Shown: in pieces, positions 9,431 to 18,330 of the stretch
Layout: every line of letters begins with the position of its first letter
Position numbering within the stretch: the stretch's first letter is position 1
DNA from: an uncultured bacterium
Lineage (GTDB): Bacteria > Patescibacteriota > Minisyncoccia > Moranbacterales > GWC2-37-73
Direction: 5' to 3'
NCBI GenBank assembly: GCA_903824515.1
Contig: CAIJXA010000079.1
Location: 1 to 36,266, forward strand
Length of the DNA: 36,266 nucleotides
Made by a program: the position numbers and the translations under genes
The notes under the pieces: model-generated
Told to the model about the DNA's origin: nothing
Seen by the model: the letters and a program-made list of their open reading frames with translations, nothing else
Databases searched by the model: none

Positions 9431-9976
9431 CTAAGCTTCTTTAGTAACCCCCTCTTTGGCTATTTCTTTAACAACTTCTTTTGCCACAACAACTTCGGTC
9501 TTAATCCTGGGTTCTTTCAAGCTTCGTAACGCCTCGATGGTTGCTCTAGCTACATTCAATTTATTTGAAGTCCCCAATGACTTAGAAACAATATCCCGAA
9601 TACCAACCAAATCAACTACAGCCCTAACTGCACCACCAGCAATAACCCCTCTTCCTTCCGGGGCCGGTTTCAAAAGAATTTTTGCACTGCCCATTTTCAT
9701 TTTAACATCATGGGGAATAGTGTTTGCGGATAGTTTAACCGTGATCATGCATTTTTTAGCATCATTATAGGCTTTCTGGATTGCATCAGAAACATCGGAT
9801 CCCTTTGCCACTCCGACACCAACCTGTCCTTTACGATTGCCAATCACGAGTGTTGCGCGAAAACGGAATCGCCTTCCACCCTTAACCACACGAGTAACTC
9901 TAGCCAAATCCAAAAGCTTCTGCTCAAATTCTGGCTTTTCTCTTCTTATTGGTTTTTTTCCTGATCTTTTGTCCAT
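9431..9976 (-). CDS. rpsE: 30S ribosomal protein S5
   Basis: RVTRVVKGGRRFRF, GVIAGGAVR. Confidence 0.98.
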   Translation of the reverse strand: MDKRSGKKPIRREKPEFEQKLLDLARVTRVVKGGRRFRFRATLVIGNRKGQVGVGVAKGSDVSDAIQKAYNDAKKCMITVKLSANTIPHDVKMKMGSAKILLKPAPEGRGVIAGGAVRAVVDLVGIRDIVSKSLGTSNKLNVARATIEALRSLKEPRIKTEVVVAKEVVKEIAKEGVTKEA

Positions 9977-9986
9977 AATATTATAA

Positions 9987-10078
9987 ATCTCTAATTAACG
10001 CTAATCTTATCACTAATTATCTCTGATGTTTTATAATTATTCGCGAACATTTGAGAAAATTCGAATCGATTCGCGATT
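9987..10078. repeat. Degenerate ~10-mer periodic hairpin, rplR-rpsE spacer
   Basis: ctaattaacgctaat...cactaatt / attcgcgaacatttgagaaaattcgaatcgattcgcg. Confidence 0.5.
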
Positions 10079-10085
10079 TATATCC

Positions 10086-10436
10086 TTAAAATTTGAGTCC
10101 GCCTTCTCGAGCACCATCCGCCAGTGCTTTAATTTTTCCATGGTATTGATATCCCGATCTGTCAAATGTTACAGTCTCAATCTTCAAAGCAAGGCATTTT
10201 TCCGCAATTAATTTTCCAACTGCCAATGATCCATCAATGGTATTTGAAGCCTTTTTGATTTCTGAAAGTTTTGCACTTGCAAGAGTTTTTCCAGAAATAT
10301 CATCAATAACCTGAGCATAAATCCCCTTTAAACTCTTAAAAACTGAGAGTCTTGGGCGCTCAGCGTTACCTGAAATTTTTGCGCGTACGCGACGCTTTCT
10401 TTGCAATCGATTGCTATTGTTGCTTATTTTTTTCAT
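10086..10436 (-). CDS. rplR: 50S ribosomal protein L18
   Basis: RPRLSVFKS, FDRSGYQYHGKIKALAD; start reset to ATG 10436. Confidence 0.97.
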   Translation of the reverse strand: MKKISNNSNRLQRKRRVRAKISGNAERPRLSVFKSLKGIYAQVIDDISGKTLASAKLSEIKKASNTIDGSLAVGKLIAEKCLALKIETVTFDRSGYQYHGKIKALADGAREGGLKF

Positions 10437-10442
10437 AATATA

Positions 10443-10510
10443 TCGTGAAACGTAGAGCGCGTAGCGTGAAGCGTTTTGCATTCCCACGTTATGCGTTATG
10501 CGTTATGCAA
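10443..10510. repeat. Family D-like heptamer hairpin, rplF-rplR spacer
   Basis: cgtgaaa cgtagag cgcgtag cgtgaag ... (cgttatg)x3. Confidence 0.75.
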
Positions 10511-10511
10511 T

Positions 10512-11048
10512 TTACTTCGATGATTTCTTTCCTTCTTTTCTTCTTACATGCTCTCCTACATATTTAAATCCCTTGCCTTTATATGGTTCTACAGGTTTAA
10601 GCGCTCTAATGTTCGCAGAAAATTGTCCCACCTCATGCTTATCAATACCCGAAACAGTCATCGTGTTTCCCTCAATCACAACTTCAATTCCGGTTGGAAT
10701 TTCAACCTCCACCGGATGAGAAAATCCAAGTGCAAGTGTAATTTTTCTTCCAGCTAGTGCCATACGAAAACCAACACCATTGAGTTCGAGTTGTTTTTTG
10801 AATCCAACTGTCACACCCTCAAACATGTTCCCAATAATTCTTGCAGTGGTACCCCAAATTGCCGGAGCATTTTTACCTTTACCAATCTTTTCAACAAGAA
10901 TATTTTCCGGGGTAATTTCAATAGCAACGTCCAAATGATGCTGAAAAGTAAGATTACCCTTTGGTCCCTTAACGGAAACCAAATTATTATCCACATTAAT
11001 AGTCACACCCTGCGGGATAACTATAGGTTTTTTTCCAATTCTACTCAT
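10512..11048 (-). CDS. rplF: 50S ribosomal protein L6
   Basis: MSRIGKKP, LGFSHPV, EPYKGKG. Confidence 0.98.
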   Translation of the reverse strand: MSRIGKKPIVIPQGVTINVDNNLVSVKGPKGNLTFQHHLDVAIEITPENILVEKIGKGKNAPAIWGTTARIIGNMFEGVTVGFKKQLELNGVGFRMALAGRKITLALGFSHPVEVEIPTGIEVVIEGNTMTVSGIDKHEVGQFSANIRALKPVEPYKGKGFKYVGEHVRRKEGKKSSK

Positions 11049-11060
11049 ACTATTTTTATC

Positions 11061-11130
11061 GTTCTAATTGTTATGATGTTTTGACATGTTCTAGTTGCAT
11101 CTCATCTACAACAATTACAACGATTAGAAC
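11061..11130 (-). repeat. Family A hairpin, copy 2 (rpsH-rplF)
   Basis: gttctaattgttatg...acaacaattacaacgattagaac. Confidence 0.85.
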
Positions 11131-11147
11131 ACTAGCACGTTTATTTA

Positions 11148-11552
11148 TTACCAAACTTCACAGATTATCTCCCCTCCTAAGCCTGATTTCTTTGCATTAT
11201 CTCCAGTCATCATGCCCCTTGAGGTAGAAACAATAGAAATTCCGTATCCGTTTTTAATTCTCTTTATATCAGTCTTTTTGACATAAATTCTCTGACCTTG
11301 TCTACTTACTCGTTTAATCTCTCTGATTGCCGGATTTTTTTCAGTATTCGAAATAACCTCATATCTTAAGGTTATTTTTAGCACTGGGAACTTATCCCCA
11401 TCTTCCTTCTTTACTGATTGGATAAAATTTCTTTGCTGCAAAATTTGAGCAATTGAATATTTTAATTTCGAAAACGGAACAGAAACTTCTTTATGTTTCG
11501 CTCGTTGTGCATTTCGAATTCTTGTAAGCATGTCTGCTATTGGATCTAACAT
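11148..11552 (-). CDS. rpsH: 30S ribosomal protein S8
   Basis: DPIADMLTRIRNA, STSRGMM, GGEIIC. Confidence 0.98.
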   Translation of the reverse strand: MLDPIADMLTRIRNAQRAKHKEVSVPFSKLKYSIAQILQQRNFIQSVKKEDGDKFPVLKITLRYEVISNTEKNPAIREIKRVSRQGQRIYVKKTDIKRIKNGYGISIVSTSRGMMTGDNAKKSGLGGEIICEVW

Positions 11553-11586
11553 ATTCTAATTCTTTATCCTAATTATATATAAATTA

Positions 11587-11663
11587 ACCGATACGAATCT
11601 ACGAATTAAATGCGAATCTACGAAACTTTTCGTATGTGCGCTTTCGTAGCGCGCTTTCGGATA
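11587..11663 (-). repeat. Family B rod-like element, copy 1 (rpsN-rpsH)
   Basis: accgatacgaatctacgaa...tgcgctttcgtagcgcgctttcggata; abuts the rpsN stop. Confidence 0.85.
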
Positions 11664-11849
11664 CTACCAACTACTCTTTTTAACTCCGGGCAATTCACCT
11701 TTGCTTGCTAACTCGCGAAAGCAAATTCTGCAAATATCAAATGCTCGAAGATAACCATGTTTTCGACCACAACGCCAACACCTTCGAACTTCTCGTGTCG
11801 AAAATTTTGGTTTCTTCTCTGCTCTAGCTTGGGTAGATGTTTTTGCCAT
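11664..11849 (-). CDS. rpsN: 30S ribosomal protein S14 (type Z)
   Basis: RCWRCGR...CRICFRE...GVKKSSW. Confidence 0.97.
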   Translation of the reverse strand: MAKTSTQARAEKKPKFSTREVRRCWRCGRKHGYLRAFDICRICFRELASKGELPGVKKSSW

Positions 11850-11866
11850 ATTTCTTTAGTCAATAC

Positions 11867-12415
11867 TTATTCGCTTTTTAGCGGAAATCCTAATAATTTA
11901 AATAATTCCAATCCTTGTTGCTGTGAAACTGCGCTTGTTGAGATTGTTACCTGAAGTCCGAAAGTATGCTTCACGCGTTCTGGGGAAATCTCGGGAAAAA
12001 TCAAATGTTCTCTTATTCCGATATTGATATTTCCGCTTGTATCAACTGACTTTCTCCCAATTCCCTGAAAATCTCGAGTTCTTGGAAGGGTTGCCACAAT
12101 CAATCTGTCGATGAATTGCCACATTCGAGCTCCTCGCAAAGTTACTTTCACACCAACTTCCATTCCTTCTCTAGTCTTGAAACCTGCGATAGCTTTCTTA
12201 GCTTTCGTTTTAACTGGTTTTTGTCCGGTAATTACAGTCAAAGAATTTACTACTTCCTCTATTTTATCATTTTCTTTCACAATCTTTCCAATGCCAACAT
12301 TGACCACGACTTTGAGAATTCGAGGCACCGCCATGACACTTTTATATCCGAATTTCTTTTGCATTTCAATTGCAACTGTCTTCGCATATTTTTCTTTTGC
12401 TGGAATTATTTTCAT
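11867..12415 (-). CDS. rplE: 50S ribosomal protein L5
   Basis: ITGQKP, KVTLRG, PRTRDFQG, IFPEI. Confidence 0.98.
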   Translation of the reverse strand: MKIIPAKEKYAKTVAIEMQKKFGYKSVMAVPRILKVVVNVGIGKIVKENDKIEEVVNSLTVITGQKPVKTKAKKAIAGFKTREGMEVGVKVTLRGARMWQFIDRLIVATLPRTRDFQGIGRKSVDTSGNINIGIREHLIFPEISPERVKHTFGLQVTISTSAVSQQQGLELFKLLGFPLKSE

Positions 12416-12425
12416 ATAATTTATC

Positions 12426-12495
12426 GCTCTAATTGTTATAATTGTTCTATGCGTTCTAGTTGTCTTTCATTTATAACATTTACAACAGTTAGAAC
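12426..12495 (-). repeat. Family A hairpin, copy 3 (rplX-rplE)
   Basis: gctctaattgttataattgttctatgcgttctagttg...tacaacagttagaac. Confidence 0.85.
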
Positions 12496-12507
12496 ATTAA
12501 AACGTTT

Positions 12508-12813
12508 CTAGATTTCCTTGCCACATTTCTTACAAACACGTACTTTTTTTTCTTTAACAAAAGCATAGGATGTTCTCGTTGCTTTACCACATGAAGGGCA
12601 AATCAACATTGCATTTGAAGCATCAAATGGGGCTGCTATTTCAACTCGCTGTCCCTTCTCACCCTCCCTGCGAGCTTTTTTGTGCTTCTTTACAATATTC
12701 ATTTTTTCGACTACAATTTTTCCCTCGCTCGGAACAGTTCGCAAGACTTTTCCCTGCTTACCCTTGTCCTTTCCGGCAATTTTTTTTACGAGGTCTCCTT
12801 TTTTAATTCTCAT
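12508..12813 (-). CDS. rplX: 50S ribosomal protein L24
   Basis: IKKGD..IAGKDKGKQG KOW motif. Confidence 0.97.
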   Translation of the reverse strand: MRIKKGDLVKKIAGKDKGKQGKVLRTVPSEGKIVVEKMNIVKKHKKARREGEKGQRVEIAAPFDASNAMLICPSCGKATRTSYAFVKEKKVRVCKKCGKEI

Positions 12814-12824
12814 AATATTTTAGC

Positions 12825-12897
12825 GTTCTAATTGTTATAATTGATCTACTTGTTCTAGTTGTTTTCACTCACTTATAACAATTACAACAGTTAGAAC
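12825..12897 (-). repeat. Family A hairpin, copy 4 (rplN-rplX)
   Basis: gttctaattgttataattg...tataacaattacaacagttagaac. Confidence 0.85.
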
Positions 12898-12908
12898 ATT
12901 ATTTCAGT

Positions 12909-13274
12909 CTACAATACTTCCGGTGCCAATGAAACTATTTTAGCAAATCCTTTTTCACGAAGCTCCCTAGCTATTGGTCCGAAAATACGAGTTCCTTTTG
13001 GTTCCTTACCATCAACAATCACAGCAGCATTTTCATCAAAACGAATATATGAACCATCTTTTCTTCTATAAGCCTTTCTCTGTCTGACTACAACTGCTCG
13101 AATCTTATCTCCCTTTTTAACTAAGCCTCTTGGTTCAGCTGATTTTACACTGCAAACAATAATATCACCAACGTAGGCGTAACGTCTGCGACTGCCACCA
13201 AGAATCTTGAAGCATTCGATTACTTTTGCTCCCGAATTGTCTGCTGCTCTTAATCTTGTTTCTGCCTGAATCAT
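12909..13274 (-). CDS. rplN: 50S ribosomal protein L14
   Basis: [21 protein letters not shown]. Confidence 0.98.
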   Translation of the reverse strand: MIQAETRLRAADNSGAKVIECFKILGGSRRRYAYVGDIIVCSVKSAEPRGLVKKGDKIRAVVVRQRKAYRRKDGSYIRFDENAAVIVDGKEPKGTRIFGPIARELREKGFAKIVSLAPEVL

Positions 13275-13283
13275 ATAGTTTTT

Positions 13284-13343
13284 GTTCTAATTATTATAAT
13301 TGTGCTACACGTTCTATCTGTTTTCATTTACAACAATCAGAAC
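13284..13343 (-). repeat. Family A hairpin, copy 5 (rpsQ-rplN), one unit shorter
   Basis: gttctaattattataattgtgctacacgttcta...tacaacaatcagaac. Confidence 0.8.
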
Positions 13344-13348
13344 GACGT

Positions 13349-13588
13349 TTATGCTAATGTGTGATTTTTATCCTTGCTCAATGGCCGACACTGCACAAAT
13401 TCTACCGAATCTCCAATCTTGTGCTTATTTTCACTATCATGAACCTTGTATTTTTTGGTTGAGCGATACTTTTTCAGGTATTTTGGATGAGTTTTAAGAG
13501 ACTGCACAGCAACAACTATAGTCTTATCCATTGAGTCACTTACAACCTTACCCTTTTTCGTTGCTAATTTTTTAGTAGTGTTTGTCAT
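13349..13588 (-). CDS. rpsQ: 30S ribosomal protein S17
   Basis: GKVVSDSMDKTIVV, HPKY, CRPLSKDK. Confidence 0.97.
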   Translation of the reverse strand: MTNTTKKLATKKGKVVSDSMDKTIVVAVQSLKTHPKYLKKYRSTKKYKVHDSENKHKIGDSVEFVQCRPLSKDKNHTLA

Positions 13589-13639
13589 ATCCTAATTTTT
13601 ATCCAAATTACATTCTAATTATATCTAAACTTATATATT

Positions 13640-13828
13640 TTATGCCTCTAATTCTTTTAAAATAGTTAGTGCTCGAGCAATATCCTTTTTAATCGCCCGA
13701 TACTCTCGATGATTTTTAAGCTGACGAGCTGCAATATCAAATCTGAGCTTAACTGCTTGAGTTTGTTTCTCAGCAATAAGCTTCTTGATCTGCTCAATAT
13801 TCAAATCTCTAATTTCCAAAATTTTCAT
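13640..13828 (-). CDS. rpmC: 50S ribosomal protein L29
   Basis: LRF...QLKN...KKDIARALT; synteny. Confidence 0.93.
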   Translation of the reverse strand: MKILEIRDLNIEQIKKLIAEKQTQAVKLRFDIAARQLKNHREYRAIKKDIARALTILKELEA

Positions 13829-13837
13829 ATAATTATA

Positions 13838-13912
13838 ACCGATACGAAACTATGAATTTAGTGCGAATTTACGAAATTTCTAATGTGCGCTTTCGTAGTG
13901 CGCTTTCGGATA
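13838..13912 (-). repeat. Family B element, copy 2 (rplP-rpmC)
   Basis: accgatacgaaactatgaa...tgcgctttcgtagtgcgctttcggata; abuts the rplP stop. Confidence 0.85.
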
Positions 13913-14326
13913 TTATTTTTCCTTAACAACAAACTTCGTTTTAATGCATAGTTTGTGGGATGCAAGCCTCATAGCCTCCTTAGCAACTGATACATCAATG
14001 CCGTCCATTTCAAACAATACCCTGCCTTCTTTTATCTTTGCTACGAAATGATCAACACTACCTTTTCCTTTGCCCATAGGTGTTTCATCACCTTTTTTAG
14101 TCATTGGCTTGTCAGGAAAAATACGTATCCAAATCTTTCCACCTCTTTTAACATACCTTGTCATAGCTCTTCGAGCTGCTTCAATCTGACGAGCTGAAAT
14201 CAATCCTGAGGTTGCTGCCTTAAGTCCAAAGCTACCGAAACTTACGGTATTACCCTTGGTTGCAACACCTCGGATTTCTCCTCCTCGGTGGATTTTTCTG
14301 TGTTTTACTTTTTTTGGCATTAACAT
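13913..14326 (-). CDS. rplP: 50S ribosomal protein L16
   Basis: [30 protein letters not shown]. Confidence 0.98.
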   Translation of the reverse strand: MLMPKKVKHRKIHRGGEIRGVATKGNTVSFGSFGLKAATSGLISARQIEAARRAMTRYVKRGGKIWIRIFPDKPMTKKGDETPMGKGKGSVDHFVAKIKEGRVLFEMDGIDVSVAKEAMRLASHKLCIKTKFVVKEK

Positions 14327-14368
14327 ATGCGTAGACGTAATTCAAAATGTAAATATATAATCCCTCAA

Positions 14369-15022
14369 TTATTCATTTTCCTTATTAAAAACTTCTCCCT
14401 TATAAATCCAAGTCTTAATTCCAATTGCTCCATAAGTTGTGAATGCTGTAGCTTTTGCGAAATCTATATCAGCCCTGAGTGTATGAAGGGGGACCGTTCC
14501 TCTTGAAAGCCACTCTCGTCTCGCCATTTCAGCGCCACCCAAACGTCCGCAAATTTCAATCTTCACTCCTTTGACAATTCTGTTTTTCTCGACTGTGTCA
14601 AGGGTTGATTTTAATATTCTTCTGAAAGGCACGCGTTTTTCCAATTGTTCAGCCACGCTTTGAGCAACCAAGGAAGCATTTTCTTCAAACTGACGAACCT
14701 CCTGCGCTTCAATTTTTAAATCAATCTTTTTTCCTGCAAAAAATTTGTCCTTAATAATCTTGCTAATATCGCTAATTCCGGTCCCGCCTCTTCCGATCAA
14801 AACTCCAGGTCTGGATGTTTTCAAAATCAATTTCAAAGTGTTAGCGCTGCGTTCAATTTCAACTTCTGCAATCGCTGCACTTTTATATTTTTTCTTGATA
14901 AACTCCCTGATCTGAATATCTTCTTTGAGCTTCTTGGTATAATCCTTATCTGAAAACCACCTTGATTTCCAAGTGTTAGTAATACCTATGCGTAATCCAG
15001 TTGGGTTGACTTTATGTCCCAT
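14369..15022 (-). CDS. rpsC: 30S ribosomal protein S3
   Basis: MGHKVNP, GRLGGAEMAR, PLHTLRADID. Confidence 0.98.
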   Translation of the reverse strand: MGHKVNPTGLRIGITNTWKSRWFSDKDYTKKLKEDIQIREFIKKKYKSAAIAEVEIERSANTLKLILKTSRPGVLIGRGGTGISDISKIIKDKFFAGKKIDLKIEAQEVRQFEENASLVAQSVAEQLEKRVPFRRILKSTLDTVEKNRIVKGVKIEICGRLGGAEMARREWLSRGTVPLHTLRADIDFAKATAFTTYGAIGIKTWIYKGEVFNKENE

Positions 15023-15027
15023 ATCTT

Positions 15028-15140
15028 ATTTCAATTTCTAATTTCTAATTTCTAATTTCTAAACAATTTCTAATTTCAAAATTTTAAAATTGAAACATTG
15101 AAAATTGATTGAAAATTGAAAATTGAAAATTGAAAATTTT
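15028..15140. repeat. Family C heptamer hairpin (aatttct)n...(ttgaaaa)n, rplV-rpsC spacer
   Basis: Tandem aatttct units facing tandem ttgaaaa units; nearly identical to 24751-24866. Confidence 0.85.
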
Positions 15141-15214
15141 ACACTCTCTTTTTAATTAAAATTAAACTACAACAATACACTATAAATTATTCACAAATAC
15201 ATTTAACAACTATA

Positions 15215-15775
15215 TTATACTCCTGATTTTCTTTGAAAAACTTTATTCAAGAAATTACCATCTGGCTGCTGTCCTTTCTTTGGAACTTCTTTTTTTATAG
15301 CAGCTTTCTTTGCAGGAACCTTACTGTCAGTTACAACCTCCGCATCCTTCACAGCTTCTGTCTTGGCCGCTTTTTTGCTAACCCTTTCTTTCTCTGCTCG
15401 TTCCTTTTCAAGTTGTTCTTTTGATTTACGGTTCTTTCCTTCAACTCTTTCTTCCAGCTCCAGATCAATCAGAGATGTTCTTTTCAAAATCAACGTTGCT
15501 CTTCCTTGAGCCCTTGGAAGCCATCGTTTCAAACTTGGTCCTCCGCCAACTTGGATGTTACTGACAAATAAATTATCTTTGTCTAATCCAAAATTGTTTT
15601 CACCGTTTGCAATGGCACTTCTCAGAAGTTTTTCGAGTGGATTGCTGGTCTTTTTAACAAGATTTTGCAACTGAATCAATGCTTGAGAGCAGTTCATCCC
15701 CACAATACTGCGAGTGACCAATCTGACCTTTCGAGGAGACATTCTTAAATTGTTGAGTGAAGCTTTAACTTTCAT
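15215..15775 (-). CDS. rplV: 50S ribosomal protein L22 with long C-terminal extension
   Basis: SPRKVRLV, SAIAN, PRAQGRA; ~75 aa K/E/A-rich tail. Confidence 0.96.
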   Translation of the reverse strand: MKVKASLNNLRMSPRKVRLVTRSIVGMNCSQALIQLQNLVKKTSNPLEKLLRSAIANGENNFGLDKDNLFVSNIQVGGGPSLKRWLPRAQGRATLILKRTSLIDLELEERVEGKNRKSKEQLEKERAEKERVSKKAAKTEAVKDAEVVTDSKVPAKKAAIKKEVPKKGQQPDGNFLNKVFQRKSGV

Positions 15776-15787
15776 ATAATCATTAAT

Positions 15788-15856
15788 CATGGAACATGGA
15801 GCATGGAACGTGCGTCCCTTTGTATTCTGCTCTATGCTTTATGCTCTATGTTATGT
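15788..15856. repeat. Family D heptamer hairpin, rpsS-rplV spacer
   Basis: catggaacatggagcatggaac...ctctatgctttatgctctatgttatg. Confidence 0.8.
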
Positions 15857-15862
15857 GGTTTA

Positions 15863-16207
15863 CTATTTTTTCTTTCCTGCTGCTGGCTCAGCCTTTGCTG
15901 CTTTTGCGGCATCTTGAGCTTTCTGTTTTGCTGCTGATTCTATTTCTTTCTGCATCTTACCTCCATGTCTGACAAATTTACGTGTTGGTGAAAATTCTCC
16001 AAGTCTATGTCCAACCGTTTCTTCCGTGATATAAACTGGTGTAAATTCTTTTCCATTGTGAACTCCAAAAGTAAAACCAATCATTTCAGGAGTAATGGTG
16101 CAAGCCCGAGCCCAAGTTTTAATTGTTCCTTGACCTGGCGTTGCGTTTAAAATTTTCTTGGTAACGCGCTCATCCACGTAAGGTCCTTTCTTTAAACTTC
16201 TTGACAT
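15863..16207 (-). CDS. rpsS: 30S ribosomal protein S19
   Basis: [25 protein letters not shown]. Confidence 0.98.
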   Translation of the reverse strand: MSRSLKKGPYVDERVTKKILNATPGQGTIKTWARACTITPEMIGFTFGVHNGKEFTPVYITEETVGHRLGEFSPTRKFVRHGGKMQKEIESAAKQKAQDAAKAAKAEPAAGKKK

Positions 16208-16215
16208 ATTTTTTT

Positions 16216-16293
16216 ACCGATACGAATCTACGAATTAATTACAAATCTACGAAATTTTTCGAATGGGCGCTTTTGTGGTGCGCTTTTCGGATG
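16216..16293 (-). repeat. Family B element, copy 3 (rplB-rpsS)
   Basis: accgatacgaatctacgaattaa...gtgcgcttttcggatg; abuts the rplB stop. Confidence 0.85.
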
Positions 16294-17124
16294 CTATTTT
16301 TTGACTCTTCGTTTAACAATAAATTTATCACTATATCTTTTCTTCTTTCTGGTTTTCTTTCCTAAAGCAGGCTTACCCCATGGCGTTTTCGGATGCTTCA
16401 AGCCGATTCCTTGTCTTCCTTCTCCTCCTCCATGTGGATGATCGACAGGATTCATTGCTGATCCACGAACTTCTGGCCGCTTACCCTTCCATCTGTTTCT
16501 TCCAGCTTTTCCAAGTTTTTCAGCACTATGTTCAAAATTACTTACTTTTCCAATAGTTGCGTAGCATTCTTTACTAACCAACCTTATTTCATTAGATGAC
16601 ATTTTCAATTGAGCCATCTTTCCGTCAATAGCCATCAAAATTGCTCCTGAGCCTGCACTACGTGACAACTGACCTCCCTTTCCAACAACCAACTCAATGT
16701 TTGAAATAATGGTTCCTGAGGGAATATTTTTAAGGACAGTTCTGTTGCCTTTCTTGATTGGAGCATTTTCGCCAGAAACAATTTCCACTTCCTGCTTCAT
16801 ACCTTCTGATGCAAGCACGTATCGTTTATCTCCATCCTTGTATGATACCAACGCAATAAGAGCGCTCCTATTTGGATCTCTTTCAATTGCAATAATCTTT
16901 CCAGGAATATCAAATTTCTGCTGCTTAAAATCCACCAATCGATAACGTCTCTTGTGCCCGCCTCCCTGATGCCTGGTTGAAATTTTTCCATGGCTACGTC
17001 CGGCCTTTTGAGTCATTGGAGCAAGCAAGGATTTTTCAGGCTTTTTACTGGTAAGATCGTCCGGTTTTACAATCGACATATTTCGCCTTCCAGCTGTATT
17101 TTTTTTGTATACTTTAATTGCCAT
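16294..17124 (-). CDS. rplB: 50S ribosomal protein L2
   Basis: DPNRSA, MNPVDHPHGGGEG. Confidence 0.98.
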   Translation of the reverse strand: MAIKVYKKNTAGRRNMSIVKPDDLTSKKPEKSLLAPMTQKAGRSHGKISTRHQGGGHKRRYRLVDFKQQKFDIPGKIIAIERDPNRSALIALVSYKDGDKRYVLASEGMKQEVEIVSGENAPIKKGNRTVLKNIPSGTIISNIELVVGKGGQLSRSAGSGAILMAIDGKMAQLKMSSNEIRLVSKECYATIGKVSNFEHSAEKLGKAGRNRWKGKRPEVRGSAMNPVDHPHGGGEGRQGIGLKHPKTPWGKPALGKKTRKKKRYSDKFIVKRRVKK

Positions 17125-17129
17125 AATAT

Positions 17130-17237
17130 ATCAGTAATCAGTAATCAGTAATCAGTAATCAAGTATTTAAATACTTTCACCGCTCATTGTATTCTGATTG
17201 TTTTATTGTCTCTTGTTTCTTGTCTATTGAATATTGA
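17130..17237. repeat. Heptamer repeat/hairpin (atcagta)x4, rplW-rplB spacer
   Basis: atcagta tandem facing a degenerate 7-periodic tattctgattgttttattgtctcttgtttcttg arm. Confidence 0.7.
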
Positions 17238-17621
17238 TTAGGCTCCTTGGAATAATTCAATCTTATCTCCCTCTTTCAAAGTCACAACCGCTTTTTTGAT
17301 TGCAGATTTACAGCCTTCAAATCTACCGTAAACTCTTTTCTTTGGAATAAAATTCAAAACCGCAACTTTCTGAACACTTACTCTATAAAAACCCTCGATT
17401 GCTTTCTTTACTTGCGCCTTAGTAGCATCTTGCGTAATCCTAAAAACATATTTATTCTCTGCAAGTCCAGCGTGTGATTTTTCAGTAATCCAAGGTTCCA
17501 CAAGAACGCGATAAGCAATATCAGCATTTTCAGCGGTTTGAGGAGCAGCCTTCTTAGCTACTTTTTTAACAACCACTTCTTTTTTTGAAACATTTTCTTT
17601 TTTCTCTTCTATTGCTGCCAT
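17238..17621 (-). CDS. rplW: 50S ribosomal protein L23 with N-terminal extension
   Basis: PWITEKS, NKYVF, KKAVVTL. Confidence 0.95.
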   Translation of the reverse strand: MAAIEEKKENVSKKEVVVKKVAKKAAPQTAENADIAYRVLVEPWITEKSHAGLAENKYVFRITQDATKAQVKKAIEGFYRVSVQKVAVLNFIPKKRVYGRFEGCKSAIKKAVVTLKEGDKIELFQGA

Positions 17622-17641
17622 ATATTTAATAAATCTCTAAA

Positions 17642-18271
17642 TTATTTTACAAATTTTTCTTCCAAAAATGCAATCGATGCCTTACTTAAAAGCACATTCT
17701 TATTATTGAGCAAATCATATACATTCAAATCCTTTGTTTCAATATTTGTAATTTTAGGAATGTTTCGACTAGCAATTGCAAGTGCTCGTTCTCCCTCAGT
17801 AAATGAAACTAGTGTTTTCCCAGCCAGTTTAAGGTTTTTAATAACCTCAGCAAAAGCTTTAGTTTTCGCATCCTTAAGTTCAAGCACATCAACTGCTACT
17901 AGGGTTCCGCTTCGAAGTTTCTCGCTAAGCGCAATTCTTACTGCCTTTTGCTTCATTTTCTTGTTTACATCTCTTTTAAAATTCCTATCACTTGTTGGAC
18001 CAAAAGCAATTCCACCACCCTTCATTACAGGATTTCTCTTTTGTCCTTGCCTGGCACTTCCAGTTCCCTTTTGTTTGAAAGGTTTCTTGCCAGTTCCGGC
18101 AACTTCACTTTTATCCTTAGTGTTAGCAATTGAAAATCTTTGATTACCAGCAATCACCATAAAAACCTGGTGTAATAGTTCATCATTTGATTTCACAGCA
18201 AAAACCTCATCTGAGATAGTCAAATCCTCTATTTTTTTTCCTTCTAGATTGTGCAGGGCAATTGTAGCCAT
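17642..18271 (-). CDS. rplD: 50S ribosomal protein L4
   Basis: KKPFKQKGTGSARQG, GGGIAFGP. Confidence 0.97.
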   Translation of the reverse strand: MATIALHNLEGKKIEDLTISDEVFAVKSNDELLHQVFMVIAGNQRFSIANTKDKSEVAGTGKKPFKQKGTGSARQGQKRNPVMKGGGIAFGPTSDRNFKRDVNKKMKQKAVRIALSEKLRSGTLVAVDVLELKDAKTKAFAEVIKNLKLAGKTLVSFTEGERALAIASRNIPKITNIETKDLNVYDLLNNKNVLLSKASIAFLEEKFVK

Positions 18272-18330
18272 AATATTCGCTTCGCTAAATTATAAATTTC
18301 AAATTTTAAATTTCAAATTATTGTATTTTT

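Noticed and set aside
10437-10487. ORF-track N-terminal extensions of rplR (also rpmB 26682, rplC 18957, 2639, 26436, 28853, 32704)
   Set aside because: They translate repeats, leaders or the neighbouring gene; downstream ATGs give family-typical N-termini
9350-16293. Families A and B as a CRISPR array
   Set aside because: Copies are 60-78 nt, degenerate and separated by whole ribosomal genes; there are no uniform spacers and no cas genes
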